DNA of 64,000 nt from Arcobacteraceae bacterium (GTDB lineage: Bacteria; Campylobacterota; Campylobacteria; Campylobacterales; Arcobacteraceae). The DNA lies in assembly GCA_963662945.1 (NCBI GenBank), contig OY759974.1:2144001-2208000 (forward strand). The letters run 5' to 3'. Shown here piece by piece: positions 10,082 to 19,878 of the stretch (positions are counted from its first letter, which is position 1; every line of letters begins with the position of its first letter). The notes beneath the pieces were generated by a model. That model saw only the letters and a program-made list of their open reading frames with translations, searched no databases and was not told the origin of the DNA. The position numbers were made by a program, and so were the translations under genes.

Positions 10082-11865
10082 TTTATACCTCCTATATGGT
10101 GTATATCCCAATTTTGTGCTTTTTCATAATTACTCCAAAGTTTTGCATAAATACCGTTTTGTATTGTTAAAAGTTCTTGATGTTTACCTTTCTCTTGCAC
10201 TTCTGCGTTATCAAATACGATTATTTGGTCAACATCTTTGATGGTTGAAAGTCTATGTGCTATTACTATAACTGTTTTATTTTTCATCAAATTTGCAAGT
10301 GCTTTGATAATCTCCTCTTCATTTTCAGGATCAGCAAACGCAGTAGCCTCATCAAGCACCACTATAGGGGTATTTCTCAAAATTGCCCGTGCAATAGTGA
10401 TTCGTTGTTTTTGTCCTCCTGAAAGATTTGTCCCTCTATCTCCAGCCATAGTTTCATAACCATTTGGCAAACTTAAAATAAAATCATGGATTTGAGCTGC
10501 TTTGCAAGCTTCTATCATATCTTTATCTGTTGCATTTTCATTTGCCATTTTGATATTGTTTGATAAAGTGTCATTGAACAAAAAGGTATCTTGAAATACA
10601 AATGAAACAGTATCCATCAAAGTTTGTGAATCAATATCTTTGATGTCAATACCGCCTATTTTGATACTACCGCTCGTGACATCCCAAAACCTAGGTATGA
10701 GTTTTGCCACCGTACTTTTCCCTGCTCCACTTGGTCCTACAAGTGCTGTAACAGTATTCGCTTTGACTTCAAAATTGATATTTTTTAGGGCATAGTTGTC
10801 TTTTTCATTGTATTTAAAATCAACATTTTCAAACAGAATATTTGTATTTTGTATTTTTTTATGTGTGTTTGAGTTATGAAGTACTGGTATATCCATAATT
10901 TCTTGTATTCTAATAGCTGCAGCACTTGATTTTTTGACAAAATTGCTCATCCACATTAGAGGCATTAATGCATCAGCCATCCCAGTGCTTACAAGTAATG
11001 CTGCAATAAATGGCGCAAACTCTAAAGTTCCATTCATCAAAAAAAAGAGTCCCATAATCGTAACCGCAAGAAGTGTTGGCATAGGACTAAGAACAGTCAT
11101 TGCTATTTTTGCAGGAGTACTTGTAGAGCCAAACCACGCTTTAAGATTTGTTCTATATTTTGCAAGGGCATCATTGTATCTTTTAAATGAAGTTGTCCCA
11201 TCATCAAAAGTTCGTACAACCGGCATAGCTTGAACAAATTCAATAACAGCCTTGTTGATTTCACTTTGGCTTTGCTCATAGTTTTCCCTATGGCTTACAG
11301 AATCTTTCATCACAAATTTCATAAGCACGGCACCCACCAATAAAATAGCAATAGCAACTAATCCCAAACGATAGTCAATCACAAAAAGTGCAACCATAGA
11401 AGCAAGTGGAGCTACAATCGCCTTGGCAAGCATAGGTGTCGTATCAGCAACAAATGCATGAAGATTTTTCACATCATCAAGAAGCACTTTTTTGATAGCA
11501 CCTGTTCCAAGAGTGATAATATGCCCTAGTGGAATTTGAGCTAAATGGGTAGTAATATCTGTTCTTAAAATTTGTTCCAGTTTAAAAGCACCCAAATGAG
11601 AAATCACAAAAGAGTAAAATTTAGTTAAAAACGAAAGAATAGTGATAGAAGCTAAAAGTATCAATGCTTCTTTAAATCCAAGTTCAAAACCAAATAAATT
11701 GATAGTTCCACCCATAACAAGCCCAATAACATAAGCCAAAAAGACAAAACCCACAACTGATAATATTCCACTAAAAGCAGAAATCACCATAGCCCATCTA
11801 ATATAACTATTTACAGGAGCTATAATAGCCCAAAGCCCCCGTTTTTTAGTATTTTTTGTATTCAT
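10078..11865 (-). CDS. ABC transporter permease/ATPase, YbtP/IrtA-like
   Basis: SHLGAF, GPSGAGKST, LSGGQKQR, VLDEATAFADPENE (typical of the YbtP group). Confidence 0.88.
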   Translation of the reverse strand: MNTKNTKKRGLWAIIAPVNSYIRWAMVISAFSGILSVVGFVFLAYVIGLVMGGTINLFGFELGFKEALILLASITILSFLTKFYSFVISHLGAFKLEQILRTDITTHLAQIPLGHIITLGTGAIKKVLLDDVKNLHAFVADTTPMLAKAIVAPLASMVALFVIDYRLGLVAIAILLVGAVLMKFVMKDSVSHRENYEQSQSEINKAVIEFVQAMPVVRTFDDGTTSFKRYNDALAKYRTNLKAWFGSTSTPAKIAMTVLSPMPTLLAVTIMGLFFLMNGTLEFAPFIAALLVSTGMADALMPLMWMSNFVKKSSAAAIRIQEIMDIPVLHNSNTHKKIQNTNILFENVDFKYNEKDNYALKNINFEVKANTVTALVGPSGAGKSTVAKLIPRFWDVTSGSIKIGGIDIKDIDSQTLMDTVSFVFQDTFLFNDTLSNNIKMANENATDKDMIEACKAAQIHDFILSLPNGYETMAGDRGTNLSGGQKQRITIARAILRNTPIVVLDEATAFADPENEEEIIKALANLMKNKTVIVIAHRLSTIKDVDQIIVFDNAEVQEKGKHQELLTIQNGIYAKLWSNYEKAQNWDIHHIGGIK

Positions 11866-11873
11866 TTTTATCC

Positions 11874-13961
11874 TTAAAATTTATATCTGGCACCAATACC
11901 AAAAGTTCTTGGTTCATTGAATCCTGCTATTTGCATTCCTGATGATGAGGATCTAAATGAATCTATATACTCTTCATCGGTGATATTTTTGATATACCCA
12001 TAGATATCCCAATCTTTTATCTTATATCCAACTTTTAGATTTGAGATAATTGCTCCATCAGCCGTAACCATAGTGCTGTTTGCTCCATCAAAATAGCTTG
12101 TGTCTCCTCTAGCAAAAGCATCCAATCTTCCATAAATTCCACTATCTGATACATACGCTATCCCAACATTTGCTGTGTATTTAGGAGTATTTTCTATCCT
12201 TTTACCATCGTAGATGGCGGTTCCTGTATCGTAGTCATCGTACTTAGCATCTATAAATCCTATCGCACCTGAAAGTTCGATATTATCTGTTAAGAAATAT
12301 TTTCCATCTATCTCTATCCCTTGAGTATGGGCTTTTTTAGCATTGTCTGTAATCCAAATAGTTCCTCCACCTGCAACTCTATAGATATGAATATCCTCTA
12401 TATCCATTCTAAATACCGAAGCATTTAAAAGATAGTTTTCACCTGTATATTTCATACCTACTTCATAGTTAGTCGATTTTTGTGGGTCAAAACTATTTTC
12501 AGCAGTTGCTCCACTATTAGCAAAATAGTTAAAACCTCCAGGCATATATCCTTTTGAAACAGAGGCAAAAGTGGTTAAGCTATCACTGTTTTTATATGAG
12601 AGGGCAACTTTTGGTAAAAAAGTATTCCAAGACTTGTCATCTTTATATACAAAATCTGGAAGTGCAACACCACCAAAACTTGACTTCATGGTCAAATCAA
12701 TATCTTTTTTGATTTTTTGGTATCTTCCACCAAGGGTGAGTTCAAACTTCTCAGCAAAGGGAATCATCGTCTGACCAAATACAGCTTGAGTTTTACTATT
12801 CGCTTTGGCATAAGCATCAGATACATAAACAGCTCCCATATTCATCATCTCCATACCATAAGGTCCGATATCTCTTTCTTCATCATCAGCATAAACTCCA
12901 GCTACCCATTTTATATCTTGAATTTTTCCTGAGAGTTTAATCTCTTGGGTCCAAGTATCCGAATTTGTATAATTGAACATTCGTAGCCCATCATTTATGG
13001 TACCAGAGATATAATCTCCGTCATAATCCCCATCTAAGTTAAATTTTTTATGAGTGGTTGTAGAGTCTAATGTTATATTATCAAAATCATAATTTAGATT
13101 TAAACTTTGAGATTTGACTTTTGATTCTTCATAGGTAGGTACATCAAAGTTTGCATTTTTGGCACTATCTCTTTTGATACTACTTATTGGAGTAGAAATA
13201 TCTGCTGTATTAAGTCCATCCATCCAATTTGTTTTTGAATAGTTATCAGTAATAGTTAATTTTGTCGAAAACCTATCTGTTGGTTTAAATAATAAAAATG
13301 CACTTGTTTTTCTCTCTTTATCTTTATCTGCGTTTTTGTCCATCCCTGGATAATTGTTGCTTATCCATCCATCATCAGACATAAAAGAACCATTTATTCC
13401 TGCAAAAAGTTTATTTTCTATCAATGCACCACTTGTATTAAAAGAACTTTGCATATAGTTATTGTTACCATATTCAGCACCAATACTACCACTCCACTCA
13501 TTAGTAGGATTTTTTGTGATGATATTGATAACTGCACCGATTGCATCTTTACCATAAAGTGTCCCTTGAGGACCTCTTAGTATTTCTACTTGTTCAACAT
13601 TTGCCAATGATGGGTCAAAGTCATATCTATCGTAATAGGGCACACCATCTACATAAATAACAACAGGATTGCTATTTGTAAACATTGAAAGATTTAATCC
13701 TCGAAACGAAGTTTGAACACCATTATTTGAACCGCTTGTAATCATATTTGGTACTTCTTTAACTACATCATTGATAGTTTTAATCCCTTTTTCTGCTAAT
13801 ATCTCTTCATCAATTACTGTGATACTTTGCGGAACATCTTTGATGTTTTCCTCTATTTTATTGGCACTAACTGATACATCATCTAATTTGATAGTATCGT
13901 TTGCAAATAAAAAGTTTGCACATACGATAGATATCCCAAGTGCTAATTTCTTTGTATTCAT
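11874..13961 (-). CDS. TonB-dependent siderophore receptor (FyuA-like)
   Basis: VVIYVDGVP, VEILRGPQGTLYGKDAIGAVINI, SKGYMPGGFN, PRTFG...YKF. Confidence 0.9.
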   Translation of the reverse strand: MNTKKLALGISIVCANFLFANDTIKLDDVSVSANKIEENIKDVPQSITVIDEEILAEKGIKTINDVVKEVPNMITSGSNNGVQTSFRGLNLSMFTNSNPVVIYVDGVPYYDRYDFDPSLANVEQVEILRGPQGTLYGKDAIGAVINIITKNPTNEWSGSIGAEYGNNNYMQSSFNTSGALIENKLFAGINGSFMSDDGWISNNYPGMDKNADKDKERKTSAFLLFKPTDRFSTKLTITDNYSKTNWMDGLNTADISTPISSIKRDSAKNANFDVPTYEESKVKSQSLNLNYDFDNITLDSTTTHKKFNLDGDYDGDYISGTINDGLRMFNYTNSDTWTQEIKLSGKIQDIKWVAGVYADDEERDIGPYGMEMMNMGAVYVSDAYAKANSKTQAVFGQTMIPFAEKFELTLGGRYQKIKKDIDLTMKSSFGGVALPDFVYKDDKSWNTFLPKVALSYKNSDSLTTFASVSKGYMPGGFNYFANSGATAENSFDPQKSTNYEVGMKYTGENYLLNASVFRMDIEDIHIYRVAGGGTIWITDNAKKAHTQGIEIDGKYFLTDNIELSGAIGFIDAKYDDYDTGTAIYDGKRIENTPKYTANVGIAYVSDSGIYGRLDAFARGDTSYFDGANSTMVTADGAIISNLKVGYKIKDWDIYGYIKNITDEEYIDSFRSSSSGMQIAGFNEPRTFGIGARYKF

Positions 13962-14008
13962 TCTTTTCCCTTATCTTTTTATTAAAATTAAAGTAGAACT
14001 ATATTATA

Positions 14009-14027
14009 ATTGATATTAATTATCAAT
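14009..14027. promoter_or_regulatory. Fur box between divergent receptor and AraC regulator
   Basis: ATTGATATT-A-ATTATCAAT, 9-1-9 with 1 mismatch. Confidence 0.8.
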
Positions 14028-14079
14028 ATCTAGATAATGTTATAAGGATTTATTTTAGTGGGAAAAGGATTTTAATTTT

Positions 14080-15072
14080 ATGAGTAGTTTTATATCTTCA
14101 AATGAGTTATGGGATAAAGTGTGCGAAAGTGTTGACTATCCAAACAATCCAAGAGGGAAGACAAATATTAATATAGCACGAGATTATGGTGTGATGAATA
14201 TAAATCATTATAATACAGGGGTTGGTATAAAGTATACCTCCATATCTGGGTTATTTAAAGATGATACTGTAGTAGAAAATACCAACTCTTTTGATATTAA
14301 TTTTTTGTGTTTTAATAGCGGCAATAATATTTATATGGAAGATACAATAAAACATAAAAAGGTCAAGTGGGATTCAAATATATGTTGGAATGGTGAACTA
14401 TTTACAGGGCATAAGTGCAATAGTTTTTATCCAAAAAATCAACTTATTCAGTTGCACCAGATAAGTTTTGATAAAAATTTGTTTCAAGAACTTATTCAAA
14501 ATCATAATAAATTTAAAAATACAAAATCTATACACAAAGGGGATTATATAGATGTGAATTTTAACAATCATATAAATATAAATCAAAAAACACTGCTCAA
14601 TGATTTAGTTCAAACTTCAAATTTAGATGGTGATAAACTCCAAGAACTATATCTAGAATCAAAACTTTTGGAATTGGTCTATACAAGTTTAACTTCAATT
14701 GAGACAAAAGAAAAAACTGATAGTTTTTATTTGAGTCAAAAAGATATAGAGTGTTTATATAATGCAAAAAAAATTTTACTTGAAAATATGACAAATCCTC
14801 CATCGCTTAAAGAGCTATCTCATAAATCAGCATTAAATGAATTTAAGCTCAAAAAAGGCTTTAAACAACTTTTTGGAACAACTGTCTATGGTATGCTTCA
14901 ATCATATAGACTCGATTATGCAAAAAATCTTCTTATCAAAAATGATATTTGTATTCAAGAAGCAGTAACAATGGTTGGGTACAATAGTATGAGTCATTTT
15001 AGTAAAGTTTTTAAAGAAAAATATGGTTTTCTACCAAAAGAGATAAGAAAGAGTAACTTATATCAAATTTAA
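14080..15072 (+). CDS. AraC-family regulator, PchR/YbtA-like
   Basis: LYLESKLLEL, PPSLKELS, LNEFKLKKGFKQLFGTTV, VGYNSMSHFSKVFK..YG. Confidence 0.9.
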   Translation: MSSFISSNELWDKVCESVDYPNNPRGKTNINIARDYGVMNINHYNTGVGIKYTSISGLFKDDTVVENTNSFDINFLCFNSGNNIYMEDTIKHKKVKWDSNICWNGELFTGHKCNSFYPKNQLIQLHQISFDKNLFQELIQNHNKFKNTKSIHKGDYIDVNFNNHININQKTLLNDLVQTSNLDGDKLQELYLESKLLELVYTSLTSIETKEKTDSFYLSQKDIECLYNAKKILLENMTNPPSLKELSHKSALNEFKLKKGFKQLFGTTVYGMLQSYRLDYAKNLLIKNDICIQEAVTMVGYNSMSHFSKVFKEKYGFLPKEIRKSNLYQI

Positions 15073-15094
15073 GTAATAAAAATTTGATATAAGT
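15056..15094. terminator. 15-bp perfect inverted repeat at the end of the AraC gene (probable terminator/stem-loop)
   Basis: ACTTATATCAAATTT-N9-AAATTTGATATAAGT. Confidence 0.5.
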
Positions 15095-15304
15095 AAAATA
15101 TTGCAATATGGCATGAGATATTAATTTTGAGAATTACATAGTGAAAAAGAAAGTGGAACTGATTTTTTTGCTAAATATGTTTACTATTTAGTAAGTATTA
15201 GTTTATTTTCTTTTGTAATTCTCAGTGTATAGATTGCTCCATTATGGAGTATTTTTACCACTTTTTTATCATCAAATACTATTTTTGAATCTATTAGTTT
15301 TATA

Positions 15305-15688
15305 TTATCCTTCATGCTGTACTACCATTGATATTTTTTCTATCCCTTTTTGTTTTAATAAGTCTACAATAAAGACAAATTCCTCGTAAGGGGTGAGTTT
15401 ATCTGCTTGTATTGAGACAATATCTTGTTTTGTTATCTCATTTAGTTTGATTTTAATTTCCTCTTTTAGTATTTTTTTATTGTTAATAAAAAATTCTTTT
15501 TGCTCATTGATAGCTATATCAAATGTTTTAGATTTTATTTTTTCTTGTGTAACTCCACTTGGAAGTGTTATATCAAGTTTTCCCAATGCAATAAAAGAAG
15601 AGATAGTTAGTATTATTGCTAATAATACTAACATAACATCAATAAGTGGAACAACATTAATTCCTTCAACTTTTTTTAATGACTTCAT
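15305..15688 (-). CDS. exbD: ExbD
   Basis: INVVPLIDVMLVLL, IQADK. Confidence 0.92.
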   Translation of the reverse strand: MKSLKKVEGINVVPLIDVMLVLLAIILTISSFIALGKLDITLPSGVTQEKIKSKTFDIAINEQKEFFINNKKILKEEIKIKLNEITKQDIVSIQADKLTPYEEFVFIVDLLKQKGIEKISMVVQHEG

Positions 15689-16100
15689 CTTCCCACTCGC
15701 TTATAATTAAATCAACTTTTCGTAAAAAACCACCATAAATCATAGTTGAAGGAATTGCTACAATAAGTCCAGCTGCTGTTACTTTTAAAGCAAGTGCTAA
15801 ACCTATAATGATTTTTGAAGTATCTATCGCACCTCCACTTAATCCAATATCATAAAACACTAACATAATTCCACCAACTGTTCCTAGTAACCCAACATAA
15901 GGTGCATTAGAACCAATCAATGAAATAATTGTAAGATTTTTTGTTGTTACTCGTTCTAGTTGATTGAGTGTTTTATAACGGGAAAAATCAGTATTTCTAT
16001 AAAATACCCATCGCTCTACCGCGTAACCAACTACAAGGATACTCATAAAAAACAGTATCCCTAAGCTTCCATAATCAACTAATAATTTTATATTTTCCAT
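15666..16100 (-). CDS. exbB: ExbB (short type)
   Basis: SNAPYVGLLGTVGGIM, LALALKVTAAGLIVAIP. Confidence 0.92.
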   Translation of the reverse strand: MENIKLLVDYGSLGILFFMSILVVGYAVERWVFYRNTDFSRYKTLNQLERVTTKNLTIISLIGSNAPYVGLLGTVGGIMLVFYDIGLSGGAIDTSKIIIGLALALKVTAAGLIVAIPSTMIYGGFLRKVDLIISEWEDEVIKKS

Positions 16101-16143
16101 TTTTTCTCTACTTTTTATTTAGAATTAGGTGTGATAATTTCAT

Positions 16144-16338
16144 TTATGAAATAACTTGTATATCAAAATTTTTATCAAATTTATACAAAACCTTATTTTT
16201 ATCTAGAATATTCTGAATATTTAAAAACTCATCAATGTTTGTCTCTTCTTGAAATTTCATATTGACAACTCGATTTGTATTTTTATCAAATTTAAAAGTT
16301 GTAAAATTATTTATTTCATCAATTGTTTTTTGTCCCAT
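16144..16338 (-). CDS. Small hypothetical protein (64 aa)
   Basis: AAGGA RBS; tight operon spacing. Confidence 0.6.
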   Translation of the reverse strand: MGQKTIDEINNFTTFKFDKNTNRVVNMKFQEETNIDEFLNIQNILDKNKVLYKFDKNFDIQVIS

Positions 16339-16351
16339 TACTTATCCTTTT

Positions 16352-16852
16352 TTATAGAATATCATTTCTGATTTGTTCACACCAAGCGATAATTCTTTCT
16401 TGTGTAAGGTTGTCTTGATTATCTTCATCAAGTGCAAGTCCTACAAAACTATTATCTCTTACTGCTAGTGATTCATCAAAAGTATATTCATTAGAAATTT
16501 CCCATCTTCCAATAACTTTTGCCCCATTTTCAATAACTTTGTCGTAAATAGTTCCCATAGCATCAAGATAATTATAAGAATATCCATCTTGATCACCTAA
16601 TCCAAATAGAGCAACTGTTTTTCCTGAAAAATCTATTTTGGTAAAACTCTCCCAATGCTCATCCCAATCATCTTGTAATTCACCATCACCCCAAGTAGAA
16701 GAACCAAGTATCACTTTATCATATTGAGATATTGTTTCTATATCACAAGAAGCTATGTCAAAAGTTTTAAGACCACCTAGAATTTTTGCTATATCTTTAG
16801 CGATATTTGAAGTATTTCCTGTACTACTTGCATAAAATATTGCTGTTGCCAC
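16352..16852 (-). CDS. fldA: Long-chain flavodoxin
   Basis: ASSTGNT, STWGDGELQDDW, FGLGDQ..Y, FVGLALDEDNQ. GTG start with AGGAG RBS. Confidence 0.95.
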   Translation of the reverse strand: MATAIFYASSTGNTSNIAKDIAKILGGLKTFDIASCDIETISQYDKVILGSSTWGDGELQDDWDEHWESFTKIDFSGKTVALFGLGDQDGYSYNYLDAMGTIYDKVIENGAKVIGRWEISNEYTFDESLAVRDNSFVGLALDEDNQDNLTQERIIAWCEQIRNDIL

Positions 16853-17270
16853 TGCATCTCCTTTTTTTTCTTAATAATGAATTGAGTGAATAAGGTATAA
16901 CTTTGATTATATACTCTTCACTACATGAATCTAACTCTTTGAGTTTAATTTGAATATGTTTTGTAAAATTATCATGTTTTGGATACACAAGATATATTTG
17001 TGGAATATTTCCTTGAAGTATGATATTTTTTGCTGTTTCTATCTCTTGTTCAATATGGAGATTTGTTATATCAATCTCTTTATGAATAGGGATAACTTTT
17101 ACAGGTGAGCTATCAAATGGTGTGATATCAATACTATCACAATTTTTAGTCACATATCTATTTTTTGTGTCCCTTGCTATTTTTTTATATACAAAATCAA
17201 AAAAACTGTTTTGATTGTCTTTTGTAGAATCATATATTCCTAGTAATCTGTTACATTCATTTATACTCAT
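16824..17270 (-). CDS. Hypothetical protein
   Basis: 148-aa ORF overlapping both neighbours in the operon. Confidence 0.6.
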   Translation of the reverse strand: MSINECNRLLGIYDSTKDNQNSFFDFVYKKIARDTKNRYVTKNCDSIDITPFDSSPVKVIPIHKEIDITNLHIEQEIETAKNIILQGNIPQIYLVYPKHDNFTKHIQIKLKELDSCSEEYIIKVIPYSLNSLLRKKRRCSGNSNILCK

Positions 17271-17608
17271 TTTATACCTCTTTGTTTACAATTTTCATTT
17301 GCATAGCACTCTTTACAATCTGTAATTCCCATGATTTTTACATATTCTTCATACAAACAACTGGCACTTTGTTTTGAACAAATTACGGGTAAGTCTCTTT
17401 TTTTTGCTTCACTTTTAAAGTGTTTCATAGCATTGTGATTAAGATATGAAGTCAGCATTACTACACACTGTGTATCTTGTGGAATTGTTTTTTTACAAGC
17501 ACTTGATTTGTTTCTTGCATCCCAATGATTAATTTTTGTTACACCTAACTCTTTTAAAACATTACTTAATGTTGTTACTTTGTCACCACCTATAATTAAT
17601 GCACACAT
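17267..17608 (-). CDS. DUF2325-family protein
   Basis: LIIGGD, IPQDTQCVVMLTSYLNHN, AKKRDLPVI pattern. Confidence 0.75.
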   Translation of the reverse strand: MCALIIGGDKVTTLSNVLKELGVTKINHWDARNKSSACKKTIPQDTQCVVMLTSYLNHNAMKHFKSEAKKRDLPVICSKQSASCLYEEYVKIMGITDCKECYANENCKQRGIK

Positions 17609-17622
17609 AATTATCCTTTCAT

Positions 17623-17641
17623 ATTAATAATCATTATCAAT
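17623..17641. promoter_or_regulatory. Fur box
   Basis: ATTAATAAT-C-ATTATCAAT. Confidence 0.75.
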
Positions 17642-17680
17642 ATGAAAGTATAAAGAGATTTTGCTTAAATGATTCTTAAT

Positions 17681-17699
17681 ATTGATAATAATTATCAAT
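17681..17699. promoter_or_regulatory. Fur box (perfect palindrome) between fur and the flavodoxin operon
   Basis: ATTGATAAT-A-ATTATCAAT. Confidence 0.85.
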
Positions 17700-17758
17700 A
17701 AGATATTTAAATTTTTTATGTTATAATCTCTAATAAAGATTTATATTGGAGAGATAAT

Positions 17759-18196
17759 TTGGATAATAGTAAGATAATAGATAAATTGAAACAAGTAATT
17801 AAAGACAAAGGTTTAAAATATACAAAACAAAGAGAATTAATCTTTGAAACTATTTTAGATTGTGAAAAACATTTAAGTGCAGAAGATACATACAATGTTA
17901 TCACAGAAAAATATCCAGATGAAAAAATTGGAATTGCTACAGTTTATAGAGCTTTAGCATTTTTAGAAGAAGCTCATCTGATATCATCAATTTCAGTTGA
18001 TAAAAATATACGAAAATTTGAGACAAATTTTAAAGAACACCATGATCATTTGATATGTACAGAGTGTAATAAAATTGTAGAATTTGTAAATGAAAAAATA
18101 GAAAAAGAGCAAGAAAAAATAGCAAAAGAAAATAATTTCAAGCTATTAAATCACACAATGTATTTGTATGGTATATGTGAAGATTGTAAAAAATAG
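17759..18196 (+). CDS. fur: Ferric uptake regulator
   Basis: GLKYTKQRE, HLSAE, IGIATVYRAL, HHDHLICTEC, CEDC. TTG start with GGAG RBS. Confidence 0.92.
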   Translation: MDNSKIIDKLKQVIKDKGLKYTKQRELIFETILDCEKHLSAEDTYNVITEKYPDEKIGIATVYRALAFLEEAHLISSISVDKNIRKFETNFKEHHDHLICTECNKIVEFVNEKIEKEQEKIAKENNFKLLNHTMYLYGICEDCKK

Positions 18197-18216
18197 ATAT
18201 TTGGAAAGGAGAATAG

Positions 18217-18768
18217 ATGTTTGAAGTGATGTTATTGGCAATTGCACTTAGTATGGATGCGTTTGCAGTTTCAATTGGTGTTGGGGTCAAAGCAAAAATT
18301 TTTGATAAATACTTGGCTGTAAAAGTAGCACTGTTTTTTGGTATATTTCAAGGACTTATGCCATTATTCGGTTATCTTGCTAGTATTGGATTAGGAAGTT
18401 TTATAGAATCAATTGATCATTGGGTAGCATTTATACTTTTAAGTTTGATTGGTGGAAAAATGCTTTATGATAGTTTTGGTGAAAATACAGAAGATGAAAT
18501 CTCTTCAACAACAAATAAAGTTTTATTATTACTTGCCATTGCTACAAGCATCGATGCTATGGCTGCTGGATTTACTTTAGAATTAATGAGTCTAAATCCT
18601 TTTGTGTCTATGATTGTTATAGGAATAACTACTTTCATTTTTAGTTTTATTGGAGTGTATTTGGGGACTAAAGGGGCAACTGCTTTAGAAGATAAAGCTG
18701 AAAAGTTAGGGGGAATTGTACTCATAGCAATTGGTTCAAAAATTTTATTAGAACATCTAATGAGTTAA
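18217..18768 (+). CDS. mntP: Manganese efflux pump MntP family (copy 2)
   Basis: Same motifs as copy 1; 20 bp after fur. Confidence 0.9.
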   Translation: MFEVMLLAIALSMDAFAVSIGVGVKAKIFDKYLAVKVALFFGIFQGLMPLFGYLASIGLGSFIESIDHWVAFILLSLIGGKMLYDSFGENTEDEISSTTNKVLLLLAIATSIDAMAAGFTLELMSLNPFVSMIVIGITTFIFSFIGVYLGTKGATALEDKAEKLGGIVLIAIGSKILLEHLMS

Positions 18769-18783
18769 TATAAAAGATACTTA

Positions 18784-18856
18784 ATATGATAATCATTATC
18801 ATATATAAGTAGCCTTTAAGATTAGTTATCATATTATTTTGATAATGATTACTAAT
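18784..18856. promoter_or_regulatory. Fur boxes upstream of the Fe(III) ABC operon
   Basis: Perfect ATATGATAAT-C-ATTATCATAT (18784-18804) and weaker TTTGATAATGATTACTAAT (18838-18856). Confidence 0.85.
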
Positions 18857-18869
18857 ATAAAGGAATAAA

Positions 18870-19877
18870 ATGTTTCCACATTTAATTTTTTCACTACTAT
18901 TTACTAGTTGTATTTTTGCAAATATACAAGAGGTAAATATTTACTCTCACAGACACTATGATACAGATAAGCAACTCTATAAAATCTTTGAAGAAAAAAC
19001 AGGTATTAAAGTCAATATTGTAAAAGCAACAGCAAATGAACTAATCAAAAGGTTAGAGAGTGAAGGAAAAAATTCACCTGCTGATATACTTATCACATCA
19101 GATGTAGCAAGGTTATATTTAGCACAAAGTAAAGGTTTGTTACAAAAAATAGATTCTAAAGTTTTAGACGAAACTATACCAAAAAATTTACGACATAAAG
19201 ATGGATATTGGTTTGCTTTAACCAAAAGAGCTAGAGTAATTGTTTACAATAAAGAAACCGTAAATCCATCAACAATTATTACTTATGATAGTTTGCTCAA
19301 TTCGGAATTTAAGGGTAAAGTCTTAATGAGAAATTCAAGTAATATTTACAATCAATCTTTACTAGCTTCAATGATTGCAAATTATGGGGAAGAAAGAGCA
19401 CAACAATGGGCACAGGGTATGGTAGACAATTTTGCAAGAGACCCAAAAGGGAACGATATAGATCAAATGAAAGCAGTAGCTGCTGGAATGGGAGATGTTG
19501 CTATTGTCAATACATATTATCTTGGAAAATTATTAAGCTCACAAAAATTCAGTGAAGTTGCAGTTGGAAAAAAGATGGGTATAGTTTTTCCAAATCAAAA
19601 TACAACAGGAACTCATGTAAACATTTCTGGTGCTGGAGTTGTAAAATATAGTAAAAATAAAGACAATGCCATAAAACTCATAGAGTTTTTAGTTTCAAAA
19701 GAAGCACAAAGTTTATTTGCCCAAGCGAATTATGAGTATCCAATAAACAAAGAGGTAGAACCATCAAAGATAATAAAAGCGTGGGGAGAATTTAAAGAAG
19801 ATACACTTCCGTTAGATCAATTAGGTCTCTATAATGAAAAAGCAGTAAGAATATTTAATAAGGTTCATTGGAAATAG
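18870..19877 (+). CDS. fbpA: Fe(III) ABC transporter substrate-binding protein (FutA/FbpA)
   Basis: VNIYSHRHY, EGKNSPAD, LTKRARVI, NTYY, GTHVNISGAG, ANYEYP. Confidence 0.92.
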   Translation: MFPHLIFSLLFTSCIFANIQEVNIYSHRHYDTDKQLYKIFEEKTGIKVNIVKATANELIKRLESEGKNSPADILITSDVARLYLAQSKGLLQKIDSKVLDETIPKNLRHKDGYWFALTKRARVIVYNKETVNPSTIITYDSLLNSEFKGKVLMRNSSNIYNQSLLASMIANYGEERAQQWAQGMVDNFARDPKGNDIDQMKAVAAGMGDVAIVNTYYLGKLLSSQKFSEVAVGKKMGIVFPNQNTTGTHVNISGAGVVKYSKNKDNAIKLIEFLVSKEAQSLFAQANYEYPINKEVEPSKIIKAWGEFKEDTLPLDQLGLYNEKAVRIFNKVHWK

Positions 19878-19878
19878 T

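Noticed and set aside
13963-14067. Distant inverted repeat CTTTTCCC/GGGAAAAG
   Set aside because: Explained by the ribosome-binding regions of two divergent genes
15141-15191. Hydrophobic small ORF between the AraC gene and exbD
   Set aside because: Stops after 16 codons; no RBS
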